Below, in pieces: positions 33,701-43,369 of a DNA stretch of 64,000 bases. Below the pieces are notes generated by a model. That model searched no databases and had not been told where the DNA came from. It saw only the letters and a list, made by a program, of their open reading frames with translations. The stretch is taken from contig CAVZYA010000001.1 of assembly GCA_963779415.1 (NCBI GenBank), positions 64,001 through 128,000 on the forward strand, read 5' to 3'. The stretch's first letter is position 1, and each line of letters begins with the position of its first letter. This DNA is from an uncultured Acidobacteriota bacterium. GTDB taxonomy: Bacteria; Acidobacteriota; Thermoanaerobaculia; UBA5066. A program made the position numbers and the translations under genes.

Positions 33701-34433
33701 GTGGACGACGGTCCGGTCCTTTCGGCCGAGGGGCTGGCGAAGAGGTACGGCGACCGGGAGGTGGTGACGGACGCGACGTTCTCCCTCCGGCGCGGAGAGG
33801 TATTCGGCTTTCTCGGGCCGAACGGCGCGGGGAAGACGACGACGATCCGGATGCTGGTGGGCCTCGTGAAGCCGACCCGGGGACGGGCCGTCATCGACGG
33901 GCACGACGTCCAGCGCGAGTTCGAGGCCGCGATGCGGCGCGTCGGCTGCATCGTCGAGACTCCCGACCTCTACCGCTTCCTGACGGGGAGGGAGAACCTC
34001 GAGCACTTCGCCCGGATGGTCGGCAACGGCGCCCGGGGGCGGATCGCGGAGCTGGCCGATCTCGTCCGGATGACGGGCCGCCTCGACGACGCGGTCCGTA
34101 CCTACTCCCTCGGGATGCGCCAGCGGATCGGCATCGCGCAGGCGCTCCTCGGCGACCCCTCGGTCCTGATCCTCGACGAGCCGACGAACGGCCTCGATCC
34201 CGGCCGGCATCCGGGAGATGCGCGAGCTGATCCGCCACCTCGCGGACGAGCGGGGCCTCGCCGTCTTCGTCTCCAGCCACATCCTCTCGGAGGTCGAGAA
34301 GATCGCCGACCGGGTCGCGATCGTCCACCGCGGGCGGACGCTGGCCCAGGGGACCCTCTCCGAGCTGACGGGCGGCGGCGCCCGCTCGCTCGAGGACCTC
34401 TTCCTCGAGAAGACGGCGGGGGAAACGGTATGA
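33701..34433 (+). CDS. ABC transporter ATP-binding protein (frameshift near 34205)
   Basis: GPNGAGKTT, YSLGMRQR and LDEPTNGLDP, with VSSHILSEVE in the shifted frame. Confidence 0.9.
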
Positions 34434-35422
34434 CTCTTCCCGGGCTGGTCGAGAACGAGACGCTGAAGATCCTCCGGCGCCGGCGGTTCCGGGTGGTTCT
34501 CCTGGTCCTCGCGATCCTCCTCGCCGTCGTCGTCTTCGCCCAGGCGCGGCAGCGGGTGAGCGCGGAAAAGAACCAGCCGGGGTCGAACTGGCGGAGCCGT
34601 GCGGAGGCCCGCGTCGCGCAGATGGAGAGGCGCGTCGCCCAGCCGCGTCAGATGCCCGACAGCTTCGTCCGGTTCATGAAGTTCGAGACGGGCCGGCTGA
34701 AGTATCACCTCGAGAAGAACATCGACCCGGAGTCGGTGACGGGGCCCCTCTTCTCGCGGGGGTTCGCCGGGGTCGGTTCGATCCTCCTGCTTCCGCTTCT
34801 CGTCGCCGTCGTCGGCGCCGACCTCGTCTCGTCGGAGTTCTCGGAGGGGACCGTGACGCTTCTTCTGACCCGCCCCGTCGCGCGGTGGAAGGTGCTCCTT
34901 TCGAAGGTCGTCACGATGTTTCTCTTCACGACGCTCACGATCCTCTCGGCGGCGCTCCTCTCGTGGGCGATCTCCGGCGTCGCTTTCGGCTGGAAAGGGT
35001 GGGGCGCACCGGTCGTGACGGGCTTCCGCTTCTCCGCGGCCGGGTTCGACGCCTCGGCCGCGCGCGTCCTCCCTCTCTGGCAGGACGTCCTCGTGGCGTG
35101 GGGGCTCGCCTGGTTCTCGGCCCTCGCCGTCGGGGCGGTGACGATGCTCCTCTCGGTCGTCTTCCGCTCCACCGCGGCCGCGATGGGGACGATGATGGCG
35201 ACGTTGATCGGCGGGACGATCCTCTCCCGCGTGGCGTCGGACTGGGAGGGAGCCAAATGGTTCTTCGTCTCGTGCCTCCCGCTCCCGGAGTACTACACCG
35301 GGGTGCCGACGCCGTTTCCGGGGATGACGCTCGCCTTCTGTGCCGCCGTCCTCACGGCATGGGCCGCCGCGGCAACGGCGCTTGCCTTCGTCCTCTTCTC
35401 CCGCCGTGACATCACGAGCTGA
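34430..35422 (+). CDS. ABC-2 type exporter permease
   Basis: LVENETLK, DLVSSEFSEGTVTLLLTRPVARWKVLLSK and terminal FSRRDI. Confidence 0.88.
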   Translation: MTLPGLVENETLKILRRRRFRVVLLVLAILLAVVVFAQARQRVSAEKNQPGSNWRSRAEARVAQMERRVAQPRQMPDSFVRFMKFETGRLKYHLEKNIDPESVTGPLFSRGFAGVGSILLLPLLVAVVGADLVSSEFSEGTVTLLLTRPVARWKVLLSKVVTMFLFTTLTILSAALLSWAISGVAFGWKGWGAPVVTGFRFSAAGFDASAARVLPLWQDVLVAWGLAWFSALAVGAVTMLLSVVFRSTAAAMGTMMATLIGGTILSRVASDWEGAKWFFVSCLPLPEYYTGVPTPFPGMTLAFCAAVLTAWAAAATALAFVLFSRRDITS

Positions 35423-35451
35423 GCGCAGCGTAGAATTCGCCCCCCGAACCG

Positions 35452-38400
35452 ATGAGCCCGAACGCGCACCCCGACGTCGTCAACGCCCTCGCGGATGAAT
35501 TCGGCCCGAACGCCGGCCTCGCCCTCGAGCTCTACGCCAGCTACCGGCTGAACCCCGCCTCGGTGGACGCCGGGTGGCGGCGCGCCTTCGAGATTGCCGA
35601 GACGAAGGCCGCCGGAGGTCCCGGAGCCCGGCCGCTTCTCTCCGCCGACGTCACCCCCGGAGCGGAAGAGGGGCCGGCCGCGCCGGCGGCGAGCGCGGCG
35701 GGGCCGGCACCGGCGGCGCCGCGCCCGTCCGCTCCGGTCCCGCTTCCCGACGGGGAGGTCGTGCCGCTCGCCGGGGGCGCCGCGGTCGTCGCGCGGAACA
35801 TGGACGCCTCGCTCGCCGTCCCGACCGCCACCTCGAACCGCCAGATCGCCGCCAAGACGATGGAGGAGAACCGGCGCATCCTGAACCGGCACCGCGAGGT
35901 GATCGGGGAGCGGAAGATCTCCTTCACGCACCTCGTGGCGTGGGCGATCCTCCGCGCCCTCGAGAAGCACCCGGCGATGAACGATGCGTATGCCGAGGTG
36001 GAGGGGCGCCCGGTCCGGGTCCGAAGGAAGAGCGTGAACCTCGGGATCGCGGTCGACGTGACGAAGAGGGACGGGAGCCGGACGCTTCTCGTCCCGAACA
36101 TCAAGGGGGCCGAAACGCTCGGCTTCGCCGGCCTCCTCGACGCCTTCGAATCGGTCGTCACGAAGGCCCGAAAGGGGCAGATCGAGCCGGACGCCTTTGC
36201 CGGGACGACGGTCTCGCTCACGAATCCCGGCACCGTCGGAACGACGGCATCGGCGCCTCGCCTCATGCCGGGGCAGGGGACGATCCTCGCGACGGGGGCT
36301 CTCGACTACCCGGCCGAGTTCGCGGCGATGCCCGACGAAGTCCTCTCCGCCGTCGGCATCTCGCGCATCCTGAACGTCTCCTCGACCTACGACCACCGGA
36401 TCATCCAGGGAGCGGAGTCGGGGCAGTTCCTCGCGACGATGGAGATGCTCCTCCTCGGAGGGGACAGCTTCTACGAGCGGATCTTCCACGACCTGAAGGT
36501 CCCTCACCGTCCGGTCCGGTTCGAGAAGGACCTGAATCCTCCCTTCTTCGCCGGGGGCCGGAACGTGGAGGCGGTCGAGAAGCAGGCCCGCGTCGGCGCG
36601 CTCATCAACGCGTACCGCGTCCGGGGGCACCTCGTCGCGAACCTCGACCCGCTCGGGCCGGGCGAGGACCTCCCGTACCACCGCGACCTCGATCCGCACA
36701 GCTACGGCTTCACGATGTGGGACCTCGACCGCCCCTTCGCGACGGGGGGACTGGGCGGAACGGCCCAGGCCACGCTTCGGGAGATCCTCGAGGTCCTCCG
36801 GCAGACCTACTGCGGAAAGATCGGCGCGGAGTTCATGTACAACGCCGACCCGGCCCAGAAGCAGTGGCTGATGGACCGGATGGAGTCGACGCGGAACCGC
36901 GCGAGCCTGACGGACGAGGAACGGAAGGTCGTCCTCACGCGCCTCGTCGAGGCGGAGGCCTTCGAGAAGTTCCTCCACACGAAGTACGTCGGCCACAAGC
37001 GGTTCTCGCTCGAAGGGGGCGAGGCGGCGATCCCGCTTCTCTCGCGCCTCCTGGACCGGTGCGTCGGGAAGGGAATCGGCGAGGTCGTCATCGGGATGTC
37101 GCACCGCGGGCGCCTGACGGTTCTCGCGACGATCGTCGGAAAGCCGGTGGACCAGATCTTCGCGGAGTTCGAGGACGTCCCGGACCCGGCCTCCATCCAG
37201 GGCTCCGGCGACGTGAAGTACCACCTCGGCGCCGCGGGGGTCCACGAGGCCCCCACGGGAGGAACCGTCGCCGTCGCCGTCGCGCCGAACCCGAGCCATC
37301 TCGAGGCCGTCGACCCGGTCGTGGAGGGGATGGTCCGCGCGAAGCAGACGCGGATCGGGGACCGGAATCACGAAAAAGTCATGCCCGTCCTCGTCCACGG
37401 CGACGCCGCCTTCGCGGGGCAGGGGGTCGTGGCCGAAACGCTGAACATGTCCCAGCTCCACGGCTACCGGACGGGCGGGACGGTCCACGTCGTCATCAAC
37501 AACCAGATCGGCTTCACGACGAGCCCCATCGACGCCCGGACCTCGACGTACTGCACCGACGTCGCGAAGATGATCCAGGCCCCGGTCTTCCACGTGAACG
37601 GCGACGACCCCGAGGCGGTTCTCCACGCGGTCGACGTCGCCCTCGACTACCGCTGCCGGTTCAACCGGGACGTCGTCGTGGACCTCGTCTGCTACCGCCG
37701 CTACGGGCACAACGAGGGGGACGAGCCAAGCTACACGCAGCCCCTCCTCTACCAGAGGATCAAGGCGCACCCCTCGACCGCGCACCTCTACGGCGAACTT
37801 CTCGTCCGGGACCACCGGATCCCCGCCGAGGAGGTCGAGGCGATCTGGAGCGACGCGCGCGGAAGGCTTCAGTCCGCCTTCGAGGCTTCGGCCGGCGGGC
37901 GGTCGAGGGCATCGTTCGTCGATTCGCTCACCGCGGCCCCGGCCCCCCGGATCGATCCGGGCCTCGACGCGAACGCGGCCCTTCGAAAGGTCGTGGAGGC
38001 GGTCTCGACCGTCCCGCCGGGATTCGAAATCCACCCCAAACTCCGCCCCGTCCTGAAGAAGAGGGCCGAGTACGCGAGCGGCCGGCCGGAGATCGACTGG
38101 GCCGGCGCCGAGATGCTGGCCTTCGGGATGCTCCTGATGAAGGGGATCCCCGTCCGTCTCTCGGGGCAGGACTCGGGGCGCGGCACTTTCAGCCACCGGC
38201 ATGCCGTCCTCGCGGACCATCGCTCCGGTGTCGAGTACGTCGCCCTGAACCACATCTCCCCGGGAGAGCAGGCCGAGTTCGAGGTGATCGACTCGCTTCT
38301 CTCGGAGAACGCGGTCCTCGGATTCGAGTTCGGCTACTCGGTCGCCGACCCCTCGACGCTCGTCCTCTGGGAGGCGCAGTTCGGCGACTTCGCCAACGGC

Positions 38401-39165
38401 GCGCAGATCGTCATCGACCAGTTCATCTCGGGCTCGGAGCAGAAGTGGAACCAGCGCTGCGGCCTCCTGCTGCTCCTGCCGCACGGGCAGGAGGGGCAGG
38501 GGCCCGAGCACTCCTCGGCGCGGCTGGAGCGGTTCCTGACGCTCTGCTCCGAGGAGAACCTGCGCGTCGCGAACGTCTCGACGCCGGCGCAGTACTACCA
38601 CGCCCTCCTCCGGCAGATGGAGGGCGATCTCCGCAAGCCGCTCGTTCTGATGGCGCCGAAGAGCCTACTGCGCCATCCGAAGGTCGTCTCGTCGCTCTCC
38701 GATCTCGCGGAGGGGGCGTTCCATCCGGTTCTCGACGACGGAGCTTTCGCGTCCGGCGGGACGGGGAGCGTCCGCCGGGTCGTCCTCGGGAGCGGCAAGG
38801 TCCTCTACGACCTTCTCGCGGGGCGCGAGAAGGCGAAATGCGACGACGTGGCGGTCGTCCGGCTGGAGGAGTTCTACCCCTTCCCGGGGCAGGAGCTGGG
38901 CGCGATCCTCGCGCGCTACCCGGCCGCAGCCGAGATCGTCTGGGTACAGGAGGAGCCGGAGAACATGGGAGGGTGGCGCTTCGTCCGGGAGCAGTTTCTC
39001 GACGGGCACGTCGCGGGGATCTCGCCGTCCCGGGTCCTTCGGTACGTCGGGCGGCGCTCGCTCGCGAGTCCCGCCCCCGGCTCCCACCACGCGTTCGAGC
39101 ACGAGCAGGAGGCCCTCGTCGCCGAGGCCCTCCGCGCTCCGGCCGCCGCCCGGACGGGGGTATGA
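35452..39165 (+). CDS. kgd: Multifunctional 2-oxoglutarate dehydrogenase E2-E1 fusion (Kgd/OdhA type)
   Basis: E2 domain with TYDHRIIQGAESG. E1 motifs KRFSLEG, GMSHRGRL, GDVKYHLG, HGDAAFAGQG and WEAQFGDF. Confidence 0.93.
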   Translation: MSPNAHPDVVNALADEFGPNAGLALELYASYRLNPASVDAGWRRAFEIAETKAAGGPGARPLLSADVTPGAEEGPAAPAASAAGPAPAAPRPSAPVPLPDGEVVPLAGGAAVVARNMDASLAVPTATSNRQIAAKTMEENRRILNRHREVIGERKISFTHLVAWAILRALEKHPAMNDAYAEVEGRPVRVRRKSVNLGIAVDVTKRDGSRTLLVPNIKGAETLGFAGLLDAFESVVTKARKGQIEPDAFAGTTVSLTNPGTVGTTASAPRLMPGQGTILATGALDYPAEFAAMPDEVLSAVGISRILNVSSTYDHRIIQGAESGQFLATMEMLLLGGDSFYERIFHDLKVPHRPVRFEKDLNPPFFAGGRNVEAVEKQARVGALINAYRVRGHLVANLDPLGPGEDLPYHRDLDPHSYGFTMWDLDRPFATGGLGGTAQATLREILEVLRQTYCGKIGAEFMYNADPAQKQWLMDRMESTRNRASLTDEERKVVLTRLVEAEAFEKFLHTKYVGHKRFSLEGGEAAIPLLSRLLDRCVGKGIGEVVIGMSHRGRLTVLATIVGKPVDQIFAEFEDVPDPASIQGSGDVKYHLGAAGVHEAPTGGTVAVAVAPNPSHLEAVDPVVEGMVRAKQTRIGDRNHEKVMPVLVHGDAAFAGQGVVAETLNMSQLHGYRTGGTVHVVINNQIGFTTSPIDARTSTYCTDVAKMIQAPVFHVNGDDPEAVLHAVDVALDYRCRFNRDVVVDLVCYRRYGHNEGDEPSYTQPLLYQRIKAHPSTAHLYGELLVRDHRIPAEEVEAIWSDARGRLQSAFEASAGGRSRASFVDSLTAAPAPRIDPGLDANAALRKVVEAVSTVPPGFEIHPKLRPVLKKRAEYASGRPEIDWAGAEMLAFGMLLMKGIPVRLSGQDSGRGTFSHRHAVLADHRSGVEYVALNHISPGEQAEFEVIDSLLSENAVLGFEFGYSVADPSTLVLWEAQFGDFANGAQIVIDQFISGSEQKWNQRCGLLLLLPHGQEGQGPEHSSARLERFLTLCSEENLRVANVSTPAQYYHALLRQMEGDLRKPLVLMAPKSLLRHPKVVSSLSDLAEGAFHPVLDDGAFASGGTGSVRRVVLGSGKVLYDLLAGREKAKCDDVAVVRLEEFYPFPGQELGAILARYPAAAEIVWVQEEPENMGGWRFVREQFLDGHVAGISPSRVLRYVGRRSLASPAPGSHHAFEHEQEALVAEALRAPAAARTGV

Positions 39166-39223
39166 CGCCGGGCCGGCACGGCCTGGGCCGCACGCCCCGA
39201 ATTAGGTAAGAATCCGGCACCCC

Positions 39224-40591
39224 ATGTCCGCGATCGTCCCGGCCGTCCCGCGAGAGCCCGACTCGATGCCGGCGCAGCCGGAGGCCGAAAAGAGCCTTCT
39301 CGGGGCGCTCTTCATCGACGGCGGGCTCCTGTCCCGCGTCATGGAGTTCCTCGTTCCGGAGGACTTCGCCGCCGAGGAGCACCGGGTCGTCTACGAGGCC
39401 TTCCTTTCGCTCGCCGACCGGGACGAGGCCCGCGACCTCGTGACGGTGCGGAGCGAGCTGGAGAAGGCGGGAACGCTCGAGCGCGCGGGCGGAGCGTCGT
39501 ACCTCGCCTCCCTCGTGGACCGCGTCCCCGACGTGGAGAACGTCGAGGCCTACGCGCGCCTGATCCGCGAGGCGTCCCTCCGCCGCGCCGTCATCCAGCA
39601 GTCCCGCCGGGCGATCCGCGAGGCGATGGAGCTGCCGGACGCCGAGCTGGTCCTCGAGAACGCCCAGCGCGAGCTCGTCGAGATCGCGAAGGGGTCGGTC
39701 AAGGGGGGGTTCGTCCGGATCGGGCGGATCGCCGAGAGGAACGAGGAGGAGATCCAGCGGATCCACGGCCGCGGGACGATGCTGACGGGCCTTTCGACGG
39801 GCTTCACGCGACTGAACGCGCTGACCCAGGGGTTCCAGAAGAGCGACCTGATCGTCGTGGCCGCGCGCCCCGGGATGGGAAAGAGCGCCTTCGCTCTGAA
39901 CATCGCGGCGCATCTCGCGATCCACCAGCCGAACACCGTGGGCTTCTTCTCCCTCGAGATGTCGGCCCAGCAGGTCGGCTTCCGGATCCAGTGCTCCGAG
40001 GCGCGGGTAAACCTCCAGCGGCTTCGCGAGGGGCGGATCTCCAAGGACGAGAAGAAAGCCCTCTTCTTCACGCTCCAGAAGATCCGCGACGCGAAGCTCT
40101 ACATCGACGACACGCCCGCCATCACCCTTCTCGAGATGCGCGCGCGAGCCCTCCAGCTCAAGCAGAGGTACGGCCTCGAGGCCCTCTTCGTCGACTACCT
40201 CCAGATCATGGGGACGCGCGGCAAGGTCGAGAACCGGACGCAGGAGGTCTCGGCCTTTTCGCGGGGCCTCAAGGCGCTGGCCAAGGAGCTGGACGTTCCG
40301 GTCGTCGCGCTCTCGCAGCTCTCCCGCCGGACCGAGCAGCGCGGCGCGAGCGAGAAGGAGCCGGTCCTGTCGGACCTCCGCGAGTCGGGAGCCATCGAGC
40401 AGGACGCGGACGTCGTCATCTTCCTTTCGCGCCCCGAGTACTACGACAAGGAGACCGAGCAGAAGAACGTCTGCGACGTGATCATCGCCAAGCAGCGGAA
40501 CGGTCCGACCGACCGGTTCACCCTCGGCTGGTCGGGGGAGTACACGCGTTTCTCCGACCTCGCCCAGGTCTCCGAAGCACCCGGCTACTGA
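39224..40591 (+). CDS. dnaB: Replicative DNA helicase
   Basis: AARPGMGKS, FSLEMS, VDYLQ, LSQLSR, SDLRESGAIEQDAD and KQRNGP motifs. Confidence 0.96.
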   Translation: MSAIVPAVPREPDSMPAQPEAEKSLLGALFIDGGLLSRVMEFLVPEDFAAEEHRVVYEAFLSLADRDEARDLVTVRSELEKAGTLERAGGASYLASLVDRVPDVENVEAYARLIREASLRRAVIQQSRRAIREAMELPDAELVLENAQRELVEIAKGSVKGGFVRIGRIAERNEEEIQRIHGRGTMLTGLSTGFTRLNALTQGFQKSDLIVVAARPGMGKSAFALNIAAHLAIHQPNTVGFFSLEMSAQQVGFRIQCSEARVNLQRLREGRISKDEKKALFFTLQKIRDAKLYIDDTPAITLLEMRARALQLKQRYGLEALFVDYLQIMGTRGKVENRTQEVSAFSRGLKALAKELDVPVVALSQLSRRTEQRGASEKEPVLSDLRESGAIEQDADVVIFLSRPEYYDKETEQKNVCDVIIAKQRNGPTDRFTLGWSGEYTRFSDLAQVSEAPGY

Positions 40592-40598
40592 GCCCTCC

Positions 40599-41774
40599 GT
40601 GAAGCTTCGTCCGACCCGGGCCGTGATCGACCTCGACGCGCTCGCCGCGAACTACCGGGCGCTCGCCGGCGCCGTTCCACCGGGGGTTGCGGTGATGCCC
40701 GTCGTGAAGGCGGACGGTTACGGGCACGGGGCCGTCCCGGTGTCACGCCAGCTCGTCGCAGCAGGCGCCGGAATCCTGGCTGTCGCCGTCGTGGAGGAAG
40801 GGGCTGAACTGCGCCGCGGCGGAATCGAGGTCCCCATCCTCGTGATGGGCTGGATCGGACCCGAGCAGCTCGAAGCGCTGGTGGAGAACGGCCTGACGCC
40901 GAACGCCCACTCGCCGGAGCAGCTCCGGGAACTGGTGGAGTTTGTTGAGAAGAAACGAACGAAGCTCCGGTTGCACCTGAAGCTCGACACGGGAATGACG
41001 AGGTTGGGGATCCTGCCGGACCAGATGTCGCATGTCCTCGACGCCGTCGCGAGGGCGAAAGAGCACCTTTTCTTAGAAGGGGTATTCCAGAATTTCGCCT
41101 CGGCCGACGAATCCGGCTCGGCACAGACAGACGCTCAGGCACTTGCCTTCGAAGAGATGCTCGCGGCGATCCGGGCGGCGGGGCATACGCCATCGATGAT
41201 CCATACCGACAACAGCGCCGGTGCTCTCTCTCGTCTCTCTTCACCTTCTAAGAAATCTCTCGTCGGGGTCTCCCACGTTCGCCCCGGCCTTGCTCTCTAT
41301 GCTCCGTTGCCCGGTCTCCCCCTTGCGGATTCTCTTCGGGACGTCATGACGTTTGTCTCCGCCGTCGATCAGGTCAAGCGCGTGGCGGCGGGGACCCGGA
41401 TCGGGTACGGCGGAACGTTCGTCTGCGGACGGGAGACGACCGTGGCCCTCGTCCCGGCCGGCTACGCGGACGGCGTTCCCCGGTCCCTCTCGGGGCGGGG
41501 CCAGGTTCTGATCCAAGGCCGGCGCTGTCCGATCGCGGGGCGCATCTCGATGGACATGACGGCGGTCGACGTGACGGACCTTCCCGCCGCGCCGCGGCGC
41601 GGGGACGAGGCGGTCTTCTTCGGCCGGTCGTTCGGGACGCGCCTCGGCGTGGAGGAAGCGGCGGCCGCCGCGGGAACGGTGGCATGGGAGGTCCTCTGCG
41701 GCGTGGGGCCGCGGGTGCCGCGTATCATCGTCGCCGGCGGCCGCATCCTCGAGATGCAGTCGAAGTTTCTCTGA
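40599..41774 (+). CDS. alr: Alanine racemase
   Basis: VVKADGYGHG, HLKLDTGMTRLG, VRPGLALY, GYADG and GRISMD motifs. Confidence 0.95.
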   Translation: MKLRPTRAVIDLDALAANYRALAGAVPPGVAVMPVVKADGYGHGAVPVSRQLVAAGAGILAVAVVEEGAELRRGGIEVPILVMGWIGPEQLEALVENGLTPNAHSPEQLRELVEFVEKKRTKLRLHLKLDTGMTRLGILPDQMSHVLDAVARAKEHLFLEGVFQNFASADESGSAQTDAQALAFEEMLAAIRAAGHTPSMIHTDNSAGALSRLSSPSKKSLVGVSHVRPGLALYAPLPGLPLADSLRDVMTFVSAVDQVKRVAAGTRIGYGGTFVCGRETTVALVPAGYADGVPRSLSGRGQVLIQGRRCPIAGRISMDMTAVDVTDLPAAPRRGDEAVFFGRSFGTRLGVEEAAAAAGTVAWEVLCGVGPRVPRIIVAGGRILEMQSKFL

Positions 41775-42542
41775 ATGTTCGTCTTCGAGTGGCTTGGCCG
41801 CGGGCTCCTCGGCGTCCTCCACGCCGTCGGCCGCTTTTTCGTCCTCCTCGGCCAGACCCTTCACGGCGCCGTCCGCCCGCCGTTCGCTCCCGGCGCCGCC
41901 GCGCGTCAGGTCGTCCGGGTCGGCGTCGACTCGGTCCCGGTCGTCCTCCTCACGGCCCTCTTCACCGGCGGCGTCCTCGCCCTCCAGACCTTCAAAGGAT
42001 TCTCGCGGTTCCATGCCGAGGCCTACATCGGCTCGGTCGTGGCCCTCTCGATGCTTCGCGAGCTGGGGCCCGTCCTGACGGCCCTGATGGTGACCGGCCG
42101 CGCCGGGAGCGCCATGGCGGCCGAGCTCGGCTCGATGCGGGTGACGGAGCAGATCGACGCGCTCGTCACTCTCGCCACCGACCCCGTCCAGTACCTCTTC
42201 GTCCCGCGCGTCATCGCGGGGATCCTCGTTCTCCCGATGCTGACGGTTCTCGCGGACGCGATCGGGATGGCGGGGGGATACCTCGTCGCCGTGACGTACC
42301 TCGGGGCGAACCCCGTGACGTACGTCGAGAACAGCTTCCAGTTCCTGAACCTCGACGACTTGACCTCCGGCCTGATCAAGGCGGCCGTCTTCGGTGGCCT
42401 TCTCGCGCTGATCGGCTGCCAGACCGGCTTCGACACGAAGGGCGGGGCGGAAGGCGTGGGGCGTTCCACGACACGCGCTGTCGTGGCGGGCTCGCTCGCC
42501 GTCCTGATCGCCGACTTTTTCCTGACGAAGATCCTCTTCTGA
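41775..42542 (+). CDS. mlaE: MlaE-family ABC permease
   Basis: RELGPVLTALMVTGRAGSAMAAELGSMRVTEQIDAL and GGAEGVGRSTT. Confidence 0.93.
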   Translation: MFVFEWLGRGLLGVLHAVGRFFVLLGQTLHGAVRPPFAPGAAARQVVRVGVDSVPVVLLTALFTGGVLALQTFKGFSRFHAEAYIGSVVALSMLRELGPVLTALMVTGRAGSAMAAELGSMRVTEQIDALVTLATDPVQYLFVPRVIAGILVLPMLTVLADAIGMAGGYLVAVTYLGANPVTYVENSFQFLNLDDLTSGLIKAAVFGGLLALIGCQTGFDTKGGAEGVGRSTTRAVVAGSLAVLIADFFLTKILF

Positions 42543-43369
42543 TGAGCGCCTCCCGTCCCATCCTCGACCTCACCGGCGTGACGAAGAGCTTCGACGGCAA
42601 GCGCGTTCTCGACCGGCTGGATCTCTCCGTCGCGGCGGGGGAGTCGCTCGTGATCGTCGGCAAGTCCGGGACCGGAAAGAGCGTTCTCCTCAAGCACGTG
42701 ATCGGCCTCCTCGAGCCGGACGCCGGGAGGGTGGAGATCGACGGCGAGGACCTCTGGAAAGTCGGGCGCGTCCGCCGGGACGAGATCCGACGGAAGTTCG
42801 GGATGTCGTTCCAGGAAGGGGCTCTCTTCGACTCGATGTCGGTCGGGGAGAACATCGCCTTCCCCCTCGTCCGGCATACGAAGATGACGCGCGAGAAGAT
42901 CCGCGCGCGCGTGGCGGAATGCCTCGAGCTGGTCCGGCTCCCCGGCCTCGAGGCGAAACGGCCGTCGGAGCTCTCGGGCGGGATGCGCCGCCGCGTCGGC
43001 TTCGCCCGCGCCATCGCGCTCTCCCCGTCGATCCTCCTCTTCGACGAGCCGACGACGGGCCTCGACCCGATCACGACGGACGTCATCGTCGGGGTCATCT
43101 CGGCGCTCGCCCGGCGCCTGAACCCGACGACCATCACGATCACGCACGACCTGAAGGCGGCCTTTGCGATCGCCGACCGGGTGGCGCTTCTCTCGGACGG
43201 ACGGATCCGGGTGGCCCTCCCGCCGCGGGAGTTCGAAGCGTCGGAGGATCCCTACGTCGCCGCCTTCGTCCGGGGGGACAGCCGCCTCGAGCCCGCGCCG
43301 GATCCGGATGTGACGGCCGCCTCTTCCCGTGGGGGGGCCTCCGGGCCGACAATAGGGACGTCTCCATGA
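42542..43369 (+). CDS. mlaF: MlaF-family ABC ATPase
   Basis: GKSGTGKS, FQEGALFDSM, ELSGGMRRRV and DEPTTGLDP motifs. Confidence 0.92.
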   Translation: MSASRPILDLTGVTKSFDGKRVLDRLDLSVAAGESLVIVGKSGTGKSVLLKHVIGLLEPDAGRVEIDGEDLWKVGRVRRDEIRRKFGMSFQEGALFDSMSVGENIAFPLVRHTKMTREKIRARVAECLELVRLPGLEAKRPSELSGGMRRRVGFARAIALSPSILLFDEPTTGLDPITTDVIVGVISALARRLNPTTITITHDLKAAFAIADRVALLSDGRIRVALPPREFEASEDPYVAAFVRGDSRLEPAPDPDVTAASSRGGASGPTIGTSP

